From: a virus
Lineage: Duplodnaviria; Caudoviricetes
Length of the DNA stretch: 32,183 nt
Direction: 5' to 3' (one strand)
Virus record (IMG/VR): IMGVR_UViG_3300011335_000411
Coordinates: 1 to 32,183 of that record
Below are positions 25,577-32,183 of this stretch, piece after piece. Numbering within the stretch: position 1 is the stretch's first letter; every line of letters begins with the position of its first letter. The notes beneath the pieces were generated by a model. It did no database searches and had not been told where the DNA came from. It saw only the letters and a list, made by a program, of their open reading frames with translations. The position numbers and the translations under genes were made by a program.

Positions 25577-26580
25577 TGTACAACAGATTAACAAGCCTAA
25601 ACACAGAGATGTTTGATATCAGGCAAAAGAAAGATATTCGAGGTAAATCAATTGGATGGGATTGGGAAATGCTTCCATACACAATCAAAGAAGGATGTAC
25701 AACTTACATCGGTTCAGCTCCTGCCAGTGGAAAAACGGAGCTTTGGTTTGAGATACTTATTAACCTTTCGTGTTTACATAATTGGAATCACGTTATATTC
25801 TCACCTGAAACAGGAAGTAGTGCTGAAATATTTGCAGAGCTTTGCTACAAGTACATAGGTAAACCATACGTACAAGGACAGAACTCAATGAGTAATTCTG
25901 AACAGATAGTTGCAGAGATGTTTATTAACGAACATTTTATTGTAATTGACCCAATTGATGAGGATTTAACCATAACTAAGTTTTACGAGTTAGTAGATGA
26001 AATCGAACGCAAGGAAGGAATGAAAATTCACACTACAACGATTGATCCTTGGAACGAATTAACGGAAGAGTATTTACCAAGTGATTTAGGAAGAGAAGAT
26101 AAGTACCTAAGTAGAATTTTGGGAGCAGTACGAAAAAACGCAAGGAAAACAGGTAGACACAATTGCGTAATTAATCACGTTCGTGACCAACCTATGGTAA
26201 GCTCCAAGACAATAGCAGGAACTGACATCAGTTACTTTCCAATGCCAAGTGCAAGAGATTTCGCTGGAGGACAAGTATGGTTTAGGAAAGGACTTAGTGT
26301 ATTGATTCCTTGGCGTCCTCCGTACGGATTAATGGATAGTGATGGAATAGGAGCTGAGAAAAATGAAGTACATTTGAAAGTTGCTAAGAGTAAACCTAAA
26401 GGCGTATCAAAAAACGGAACGTACAAGTTATATTTGGACTTAGATAAATATCAATACTATATGCTTGATTACAAAGGTAACCGTGTTTACGCTAATCGGA
26501 CAAAGAAAGTACCTGAACAGAAAAAGATTACAATGGTTGAGCAAAAATTAAACGCATTAAACAACAAAGGATGGACATAG
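25576..26580 (+). CDS. DnaB-like (SF4) replicative helicase
   Basis: Walker A SAPASGKT, FSPE, Walker B IDPWN, VINH, KVAKSK. Confidence 0.85.
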   Translation: MYNRLTSLNTEMFDIRQKKDIRGKSIGWDWEMLPYTIKEGCTTYIGSAPASGKTELWFEILINLSCLHNWNHVIFSPETGSSAEIFAELCYKYIGKPYVQGQNSMSNSEQIVAEMFINEHFIVIDPIDEDLTITKFYELVDEIERKEGMKIHTTTIDPWNELTEEYLPSDLGREDKYLSRILGAVRKNARKTGRHNCVINHVRDQPMVSSKTIAGTDISYFPMPSARDFAGGQVWFRKGLSVLIPWRPPYGLMDSDGIGAEKNEVHLKVAKSKPKGVSKNGTYKLYLDLDKYQYYMLDYKGNRVYANRTKKVPEQKKITMVEQKLNALNNKGWT

Positions 26581-26867
26581 GACTAAAACTACTTTACATC
26601 AAAGGACTTATACAAAAGAACATTTGGAAAGTAAAGCTAACAAGAGAAGAGCTGCAGGAGAAAAGACCATCAGCAGTTGCATACATTAACGGAGCGAAAG
26701 ACACAGAGAACGATTTAAAGCAAGTTGAACAAGCAATACACGAACTCGAAACAGAACTACGATTACAGGGTAGAGAAATCATCAGATGTCTGCAGATAAA
26801 CGGAGAATTAAAAAAGAAAATTGAAGAATTGGAACACGAATTAAAATACAAAAACGTAGAATTATGA
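26571..26867 (+). CDS. Coiled-coil protein (98 aa)
   Basis: Heptad-rich sequence; its 3' end is duplicated at 27252-27286. Confidence 0.75.
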   Translation: MDIGLKLLYIKGLIQKNIWKVKLTREELQEKRPSAVAYINGAKDTENDLKQVEQAIHELETELRLQGREIIRCLQINGELKKKIEELEHELKYKNVEL

Positions 26868-27049
26868 CACCGAAAGAGAAAGCAGAAGAGTTAGTAGATA
26901 ATTTTGAAAATGCATTGACTATTAAAGATTGTGCATTAATTTCAGTTGATGAAATAATTAATTGTGATTATTTCTTTAAAACATTAGAAGATACAAAATT
27001 ATTTATAGATTATTGGTATAAAGTACAACAAGAAATAGAAAAGCTATGA
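26864..27049 (+). CDS. Cassette-family protein (EKA...CALISVDE...YW..V..EI)
   Basis: Paralog of 30141-30374 and 31033-31278. Confidence 0.8.
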   Translation: MTPKEKAEELVDNFENALTIKDCALISVDEIINCDYFFKTLEDTKLFIDYWYKVQQEIEKL

Positions 27050-27249
27050 CAAAGAAAAAATTAAAAACATTTGAGTTAACCACAGAAGGAGAAATATATA
27101 GCATAACATTTCATTATCAAGAAAGCGTAAAGTTTATTGAAAAACAAAAAGAAACCTATAAATCATTAGCAGAAAATTCAGAAATAGCAATAGTATTTAT
27201 GGATAAAGATGGAAATTACACACAACTAAAAAACGAAAACAATGACTAA
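27046..27249 (+). CDS. Hypothetical protein (67 aa)
   Basis: ATGA overlap; AT-rich; inside the repeat-flanked insert. Confidence 0.65.
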   Translation: MTKKKLKTFELTTEGEIYSITFHYQESVKFIEKQKETYKSLAENSEIAIVFMDKDGNYTQLKNENND

Positions 27250-27282
27250 ATAACACGAACTTAAATACAAAAATGTAGAACT

Positions 27283-27624
27283 ATGAATAACAAAGAGAAA
27301 TTTTTAGAGTTAGTTTCCGATGAAGAAACGCAAACAATTGAACGAGCAAAAACACGAATGACTAAACACCACAAACTAGTAACACTATCAGCAGTATTAC
27401 CTGTATTAGCTGACTTCATTGATGACCTTAATGAGCAGTATGTTTTTAAACAAGACTTGAAACGTAAAGCAAACATACTAGCAGATGAGATTAGAAAAAC
27501 GGACTACAAAGTTCTACAGGTATATGGAGAGAAACGAGAAGAAATATACGCACAACAAGTAGACTTGCAGCTGCTATTTAGACAATGGATTGAAGAAACA
27601 ATAAAATTTGACGATGCGCTGTAA
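27283..27624 (+). CDS. Hypothetical protein (113 aa)
   Basis: ORF in the operon; an alternative start at 27358 is possible. Confidence 0.7.
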   Translation: MNNKEKFLELVSDEETQTIERAKTRMTKHHKLVTLSAVLPVLADFIDDLNEQYVFKQDLKRKANILADEIRKTDYKVLQVYGEKREEIYAQQVDLQLLFRQWIEETIKFDDAL

Positions 27625-28126
27625 AAATTGCAAAGAAAAGTTCGAACCTATCCGTTTCAATCATAAATTTTGTTTAAAAGACGAATGTATTAAAGCCTTT
27701 GTCGAAGAAGTCAAGGTAAAACAATGGAAGGAAACAAAAACACGAATGAAGAACGACCTAAAAACGACACAAGACTGGTTAAAGGAAGCACAAACAATAT
27801 TTAATAAGTTCATAAGGCTTCGTGACTCGGGTGTAAATTGCATTTCGTGCAATAAGCAACCGCTTAAAAAAAACGCTGGACACTATTTTAGTTCTGGTGG
27901 ACATTCTAACGTAAGGTTTGACGAAGACAATGTACATCTTCAATGTGAGCATTGCAATACTTTTCTGAGCGGGAATCTTTTAAACTATCAGATAGGTATC
28001 GAAAAACGAATTGGAGCAGAAAGATTGATTGAACTACAGGGAAAAGCACACCTAGAAAAACGATGGAGTGTAGAAGAACTAAAAGAAATTATAAAAAAAT
28101 ATAAAAAAAAGATAAAAGAATTTTAA
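27614..28126 (+). CDS. ninG: NinG/Rap-like recombination endonuclease
   Basis: RCKNC, FNKFIRLRD..CISC, NAGHY, RFDEDNVHLQCEHCN. Confidence 0.9.
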   Translation: MRCKNCKEKFEPIRFNHKFCLKDECIKAFVEEVKVKQWKETKTRMKNDLKTTQDWLKEAQTIFNKFIRLRDSGVNCISCNKQPLKKNAGHYFSSGGHSNVRFDEDNVHLQCEHCNTFLSGNLLNYQIGIEKRIGAERLIELQGKAHLEKRWSVEELKEIIKKYKKKIKEF

Positions 28127-28149
28127 TAAAACCTTTAAATCACAATAAT

Positions 28150-28236
28150 ATGACAATAATTTATGAATGTATATTAGGATTATGTATGATAATAAGTGGA
28201 TTATTATTTATAATATCAGTTTATCAAGAAAAATAA
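28150..28236 (+). CDS. 28-aa single-TM micro-protein behind a cassette motif
   Basis: Motif AACCTTTAAATCACAATAATATG at 28130-28152. Confidence 0.55.
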   Translation: MTIIYECILGLCMIISGLLFIISVYQEK

Positions 28237-28240
28237 TAAA

Positions 28241-28402
28241 ATGACATTTATTGCTAATACATTATTTGTAATTTTTACACTGTTTTGTTTATTGTTTATA
28301 GTATTATCTATAATTAACAAAGATAAAACATCTTTATTTGATGGAGCATCAAGTGAAAGACAAGAAAAAAATGAAGATTACAATAAAGATTATTACCCAT
28401 AA
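28241..28402 (+). CDS. 53-aa single-TM micro-protein
   Basis: MTFIANTLFVIFTLFCLLFIVLSII...; very AT-rich. Confidence 0.55.
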   Translation: MTFIANTLFVIFTLFCLLFIVLSIINKDKTSLFDGASSERQEKNEDYNKDYYP

Positions 28403-28436
28403 AAAAGCAAATAAATAAAATTATTTAAAAAAATAG

Positions 28437-28466
28437 TTGTTTATATTAAAATAGTGTTTATATTTG
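28437..28466 (+). promoter_or_regulatory. Bacteroidetes housekeeping (early) promoter of the recombination/cassette operon
   Basis: TTG-N19-TATATTTG. Confidence 0.8.
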
Positions 28467-28489
28467 CATATAACAAAAACAATTTAACT

Positions 28490-29014
28490 ATGGAAAAATT
28501 ACTTAAAATTCAGGCGGAATTAAAATGTCCAAAGGGTAGCTTCAACTCATTCGGTAAATACAAGTACCGAAGTGCAGAGCAGATTTTAGAATCATTGAAA
28601 CCTGTGCTACAGAAACACGAAGCTACATTGGTTCTAACTGATGACATCATTCAAGTAGGTAACAAGCTATTTTTAAAGGCTACTGCAACACTTTCTGATT
28701 CTGATAGTGTAATTCATTCAAATGGATTCGCAGAACTCGGAGAACACAAAGGAATGTCATCTGAGCAATGTACAGGAACTGCATCAAGTTATGCACGTAA
28801 GTATGCTTTAAACGGACTATTCTTAATTGACGAAACGGAATCAGACCCCGATTCAAAAGATAACACTCCAGTACAACCAAAGAAACAAGCATTAGACTCT
28901 AAGAGATTCCAAGACGCAGTTAAGGCATTAAACGATGGCAAGATTACACGTCAATCATTAGAGGATAAATTTAATTTAACTGATGGTCAAATTGATATAT
29001 TAAACGCATTATGA
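28490..29014 (+). CDS. ERF-family single-strand annealing recombinase
   Basis: IQAELKCPK..NSFGKYKYRSAEQI; Q.TGTASSYARKYALNGLFLIDE..DPD; ATG 28490 lies downstream of the promoter. Confidence 0.9.
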   Translation: MEKLLKIQAELKCPKGSFNSFGKYKYRSAEQILESLKPVLQKHEATLVLTDDIIQVGNKLFLKATATLSDSDSVIHSNGFAELGEHKGMSSEQCTGTASSYARKYALNGLFLIDETESDPDSKDNTPVQPKKQALDSKRFQDAVKALNDGKITRQSLEDKFNLTDGQIDILNAL

Positions 29015-29682
29015 AAGTTAGATGCTCTGCTATAGGAAAAATTATGAGTAGTCCCCGTAACAAATCGGAGGTGCTTTCACAGACTGCAAAGAGTTACATT
29101 CACGAGTTAGTCTTGCAGGATAAATACGGAATCAGAAAAGAGTTTAGTTCACGTTACACGGACAAAGGAAATGAGGTAGAGAACGAATCAATCAACTTAG
29201 TTAACGAAGTGCTTGATGTTGGATTCATTTACAAGAATGAGGAATCATTTGAAAACGATTGGATTACAGGAACTCCCGATGTAAACACAGATGAAGTTTT
29301 GTTGGACGTTAAATCAAGTTGGGATGGTACAACATTCCCATTCTTTGAAACTGAAATACCCACAAAGGATTACTTTTACCAATTACAAGGCTATATGTGG
29401 TTAACTGGCAAACAACAATCCTTACTTTGTTACTGCTTAGTCGATACGCCTGCTGATATGGTTGCAAGTGAAGTTAGAAGAACTCACTACAATTTAAATA
29501 AAATAGAAGAGGATTTAGAATTAACAAAAGAGATTGAATCAAAACATTTATTCTCACACATTCCAAAGAACCGCAGAGTGAAGGTTTTCTACGTACAAAA
29601 AGACGAATCAGTCATTGAAAGAATCAAAGAGCAAGTTGAACTATGCCGTGAGTATTATAATACATTAATAAATTTCTTATGA
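29011..29682 (+). CDS. YqaJ/lambda-exonuclease-like PD-(D/E)xK exonuclease
   Basis: RCSAIG, KGNEVE, GTPD, DVKSSW, YFYQLQGYMWLTG. Confidence 0.85.
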   Translation: MKVRCSAIGKIMSSPRNKSEVLSQTAKSYIHELVLQDKYGIRKEFSSRYTDKGNEVENESINLVNEVLDVGFIYKNEESFENDWITGTPDVNTDEVLLDVKSSWDGTTFPFFETEIPTKDYFYQLQGYMWLTGKQQSLLCYCLVDTPADMVASEVRRTHYNLNKIEEDLELTKEIESKHLFSHIPKNRRVKVFYVQKDESVIERIKEQVELCREYYNTLINFL

Positions 29683-29954
29683 ACCAACAAATAGAAGATA
29701 AAATAGTATTACGTGTTTTGGCACGTTTTAACGAACGAAGTCAAGTAGGAATAGCTAAGTACAACACAACACTGGAAAGAACCGATTTAAGCACGTTAGA
29801 ATGGCTTAATCACGCACAAGAGGAGGCGATGGACTTTGTTCTTTACTTGGAGCGACTGAAAGACGAATACAAGATGCCATTTGCAGACAGATTAATGCAA
29901 GAAATGATTAAGCAAGAAAAGGAAAAAATTGATAGGCTTACAAAGCATTTATAA
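29679..29954 (+). CDS. Conserved phage protein (possible all-alpha NTP pyrophosphatase fold)
   Basis: GIAKYNTTL...WLNHAQEEAMDFVLY with an EExxD motif. Confidence 0.6.
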   Translation: MNQQIEDKIVLRVLARFNERSQVGIAKYNTTLERTDLSTLEWLNHAQEEAMDFVLYLERLKDEYKMPFADRLMQEMIKQEKEKIDRLTKHL

Positions 29955-30003
29955 ATCAAAATAGTGGCAAATGTTTGAATAATAACAATTAAATCAGAAT
30001 AAA

Positions 30004-30129
30004 ATGAAGATATTACACCTAATCAATGACACTTATCAAGTTGTAAGTGAGGATGAGCAGACAATTTTCTTTCAAGGTAGCCAAGAAGATTGTGAGAGAT
30101 ATAGAATGAATAAACTTTTTAACCTTTAA
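30004..30129 (+). CDS. 41-aa cassette protein (MKILHLINDTYQVV...)
   Basis: Bounded by motifs; paralog of 31439-31564. Confidence 0.8.
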   Translation: MKILHLINDTYQVVSEDEQTIFFQGSQEDCERYRMNKLFNL

Positions 30130-30140
30130 ATCATAATAAT

Positions 30141-30374
30141 ATGACAGCGGTAGAAAAAGCAAAAGATTTAGTTGAAAAATTTAACTATGAGTCAAAACAT
30201 TTTTTAATGTTAGACTCCAAACAATGTGCATTAATTGCAGTTGATGAGTGTATAAAATACGAACAAAAAATACGAACACAAATTCAATCGGTAAACTTCC
30301 CTAATTCATTTATAATTATTCTAAATGATGGAGTTTTTTGGGAGGAAGTAAAAAACGAAATTAGTAACCTTTAA
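30141..30374 (+). CDS. Cassette protein, CALIAVDE family
   Basis: Bounded by motifs. Confidence 0.85.
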   Translation: MTAVEKAKDLVEKFNYESKHFLMLDSKQCALIAVDECIKYEQKIRTQIQSVNFPNSFIIILNDGVFWEEVKNEISNL

Positions 30375-30383
30375 CAGAATAAG

Positions 30384-30521
30384 ATGAAAGTAATTAAAAT
30401 AATATTTATTGCATTATTGTTAAGTGCGTTTATTTGTATGATTGGGTTTTTAAAATACAAAGTATGGAGAGCAGAACACCCAAATGCAGAAACTTGGACT
30501 TTTTGGGTGTCAAGAAAATAA
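30384..30521 (+). CDS. 45-aa single-TM cassette protein
   Basis: MKVIKIIFIALLLSAFICMIGFL...; bounded by motifs. Confidence 0.75.
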   Translation: MKVIKIIFIALLLSAFICMIGFLKYKVWRAEHPNAETWTFWVSRK

Positions 30522-30539
30522 CCTTTAAATCAGAATAAT

Positions 30540-30743
30540 ATGACAGCAGTAGAATTTTTATTAAGACAATTTGCATTATTAGGATACGATGTGCATCAAT
30601 ATGAAACAATTATCAAAGAAGCCAAAGAAATGGAGAAGGAGCAGATAGAAAAAGCATATATATATGGAGCTGCTTATGGGATTGATATATCAAATAATTT
30701 AAGTCCCGACATATATTACAACGAAACCTTTAAATCCGAATAA
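30540..30743 (+). CDS. Cassette protein, TAVE...AKEMEKEQI...TFKSE family
   Basis: C-terminal TFKSE* is encoded by the motif itself. Confidence 0.85.
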   Translation: MTAVEFLLRQFALLGYDVHQYETIIKEAKEMEKEQIEKAYIYGAAYGIDISNNLSPDIYYNETFKSE

Positions 30744-30744
30744 G

Positions 30745-30876
30745 ATGACAGCATTAATTATAACACTATTTGTATTGGTAGCATCCGTGTTTTTCTACAT
30801 TGGAAAACACCAAGAGAGAATTGAGTGGAACAAGCTAATTAAAGACGGAATACTTCCTAAACCAAATAAAAAATGA
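30745..30876 (+). CDS. 43-aa single-TM cassette protein
   Basis: MTALIITLFVLVASVFFYIG...; motif upstream. Confidence 0.75.
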   Translation: MTALIITLFVLVASVFFYIGKHQERIEWNKLIKDGILPKPNKK

Positions 30877-31010
30877 TTTGGCACATACTACCTATTGATG
30901 ACCTAAAAGAACACGAAGAAGAAAGCACTTGTGAGTGTTATTCATCGGTTAAGATAGTAGATGGTGGTGATATGCTAATAATACATAATGCCTATGATGG
31001 CAGAGAATGA
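30873..31010 (+). CDS. 45-aa putative metal-binding micro-protein
   Basis: MIWHILPIDDLKEH...CEC...HNAYDGRE; ATGA-coupled. Confidence 0.7.
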   Translation: MIWHILPIDDLKEHEEESTCECYSSVKIVDGGDMLIIHNAYDGRE

Positions 31011-31032
31011 ATAACATTTAAATAAGAATAAG

Positions 31033-31278
31033 ATGACAGCAGTAGAAAAAGCAAAACAAATACACAGCACGCATTATTATGCAATAGCTGCAGATGGTTC
31101 GTACTCATTTGAAATAGCAAAAGAATGTGCATTGATTTCAGTTGATGAGATAATGAAAGCACCATTTGAAAACAGTTACTTGGAATTAGTTCCCGATTAC
31201 GCACCCGATTCTGATTGGTATTGGGATAAATTCAGAGAATATTGGGAGGAAGTAAAACACGAAATAAATAACCTTTAA
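31033..31278 (+). CDS. Cassette protein, CALISVDE family
   Basis: Bounded by motifs. Confidence 0.85.
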   Translation: MTAVEKAKQIHSTHYYAIAADGSYSFEIAKECALISVDEIMKAPFENSYLELVPDYAPDSDWYWDKFREYWEEVKHEINNL

Positions 31279-31289
31279 ATCAGAATAAG

Positions 31290-31427
31290 ATGAAAGAGAA
31301 TAAATTAGGAAGAATGTGGTATTCTAATCAAATTGGATTTATGATAAGTTGGGGAGTAGCAAGTATTCCAAACAGAAGATACATAAGTATTGACTTACCA
31401 TTTTTAATTATACAAATTTACCTTTAA
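31290..31427 (+). CDS. 45-aa cassette protein (MKENKLGRMWY...)
   Basis: Bounded by motifs. Confidence 0.75.
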   Translation: MKENKLGRMWYSNQIGFMISWGVASIPNRRYISIDLPFLIIQIYL

Positions 31428-31438
31428 ATCAGAATAAG

Positions 31439-31564
31439 ATGAAGATAGTAAACCTAATCAATGATACTTACCAAGTAGTAAATCAAGACGAATCAACCGT
31501 TTACTTTCAAGGTAGTAAAGAAGATTGTGAGAGATATAGAATGAGCAGACTTTTTAACCTTTAA
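31439..31564 (+). CDS. 41-aa cassette protein (MKIVNLINDTYQVV...)
   Basis: Bounded by motifs; paralog of 30004-30129. Confidence 0.8.
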   Translation: MKIVNLINDTYQVVNQDESTVYFQGSKEDCERYRMSRLFNL

Positions 31565-31575
31565 ATCAGAATAAC

Positions 31576-31809
31576 ATGACAGCAGTACAACAAATGCTCA
31601 AAGAGCTACAAGAGAAGTTTCCAAAGCAAATGGCAGATATGTATGACAGCAATCAGCTTTTATTAGAAGATATTGCTTTAAAAGCCAAAAAAATGGAGAA
31701 GGAAGAGAAGATTGAGTTTGCTTGTCAAGTTGCCGAAGCAAGTGCTATGAAGTACATACAAGGCAAGACAACAAGAATGATAGCAGAAGAATTATTAACT
31801 AAACAATAA
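31576..31809 (+). CDS. Cassette protein (copy of 618-851)
   Basis: Within the terminal repeat; one amino-acid difference. Confidence 0.85.
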   Translation: MTAVQQMLKELQEKFPKQMADMYDSNQLLLEDIALKAKKMEKEEKIEFACQVAEASAMKYIQGKTTRMIAEELLTKQ

Positions 31810-31814
31810 GAACA

Positions 31815-31940
31815 ATGAAAGAAGAACAACTTAAAGAAGCATTAGAAATAATCAAAAAATTTGTCAATGAATTTGATGAAGAAGGTGAAGTGTCTTGGAA
31901 TACAAGAGATGAAGCCGAGAATTTTTTAAATAACCTTTAA
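31815..31940 (+). CDS. 41-aa cassette protein (copy of 857-982)
   Basis: Within the terminal repeat. Confidence 0.75.
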   Translation: MKEEQLKEALEIIKKFVNEFDEEGEVSWNTRDEAENFLNNL

Positions 31941-31951
31941 ATCAGAATAAA

Positions 31952-32183
31952 ATGAAAATAACAATCGAACAATACGACCACAAAATCACATACGAAGTTC
32001 CTTACAACGATGTGAATCTGGAGCAGATGCTAGAGATACTCGAAAATCTACTAAAATGTACTGGGTACTGCTTCAGTGGTAATCTAGAGATAGTTGATGA
32101 TAGTACAGAGTTTAGTCAGGTGTCAACCAATTACAGAGATGGAACAATCGACTACGATACAATAAAAAACCAAATCAAAAATG
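31952..32183 (+). CDS. Copy of 994-1236, truncated at the window edge
   Basis: Within the terminal repeat. Confidence 0.8.
   Translation, partial: MKITIEQYDHKITYEVPYNDVNLEQMLEILENLLKCTGYCFSGNLEIVDDSTEFSQVSTNYRDGTIDYDTIKNQIKN

Larger units (their letters stand above)
602..31559 (+). mobile_element. Complete tailed bacteriophage genome unit (~30,958 bp, circularly permuted), probable Bacteroidota/Flavobacteria siphovirus
   Basis: Terminase, portal, protease, capsid, tail, lysis, replication and recombination genes are all on +; the terminal redundancy has offset 30958; TAnnTTTG promoters present; no integrase seen. Confidence 0.9.
29984..31954 (+). repeat. Interspersed 23-bp gene-junction repeat AACCTTTAAATCAGAATAA(G/A/T/C)ATG, 10 copies
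   Basis: Copies start at 29984, 30121, 30366 (2-bp deletion), 30520, 30725, 31013, 31270, 31419, 31556, 31932; also at 334, 598, 974 and 28130. Confidence 0.95.
31560..32183 (+). repeat. Terminal direct repeat, copy 2 (circular overlap)
   Basis: Same three ORFs as 618-1225 at offset 30958. Confidence 0.95.

Noticed and set aside
15890-25858. Nested + strand ORFs 15890-16072, 22190-22378 and 25613-25858
   Set aside because: Out-of-frame within capsid, phosphoesterase and helicase genes, with no supporting signals.
1348-28489. Long upstream starts at 1348, 21529, 27608 and 28454
   Set aside because: Downstream ATGs (1408, 21631, 27614, 28490) have better context; 28454 lies within the promoter.
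1615-31204. All minus-strand ORFs in the track (e.g. 15200-15856, 6123-6452, 25087-25416)
   Set aside because: They are antisense shadows of well-supported + strand genes and have no recognisable motifs.
29984-31954. CRISPR array interpretation of the 23-bp repeat
   Set aside because: Intervening segments are 115-350 bp, variable in length and are intact ORFs; no cas genes are present.
29984-31954. Classical integron
   Set aside because: No tyrosine integrase and no attC-type GTTRRRY/RYYYAAC imperfect palindromes; the repeat has only a TTTAAA dyad.
1-32183. Diversity-generating retroelement, integrase/lysogeny module, tRNA genes or alternative genetic code
   Set aside because: No reverse transcriptase, integrase or cloverleaf was seen; genes are intact under the standard code and all three stop codons are used.

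Overview
The window is an essentially complete, circularly permuted genome (about 30,958 bp) of a small tailed phage, most likely a siphovirus. All supported genes lie on the + strand. Bacteroidetes-type TAnnTTTG promoters and A-rich, SD-less starts point to a Flavobacteria/Bacteroidota host. Positions ~602-1225 recur almost identically at ~31560-32183. The first ~600 bp are a different allele or lineage, ending in a second, divergent exonuclease C-terminus plus different small genes. Modules: an ECF-like sigma factor, terminase, tail genes, protease/scaffold/capsid/tail tube/portal/adaptor, lysis genes, a metallophosphoesterase, early genes, replication initiator plus DnaB-like helicase, NinG, ERF plus exonuclease, and SSB. 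No integrase, DNA polymerase, tRNA or CRISPR was seen. Main discovery candidate: an array of short gene cassettes (29984-32183, continuing 598-1236). Each junction is a conserved 23-bp motif, AACCTTTAAATCAGAATAAGATG, that supplies the stop of one gene and the translation start of the next. The array sits inside the ERF/exonuclease/SSB recombination operon, and the two alleles in this window diverge exactly at a motif copy. Other notable signals: gene inserts flanked by direct repeats, a kissing-loop leader RNA before the replication initiator, AAC-N16-CGT promoters for the phage sigma, a -1 frameshift with a long dual-coding overlap, a stack of distinct palindromes at 22738-22922, and strong over-representation of AAACACG. 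All counts and alignments were done by eye.
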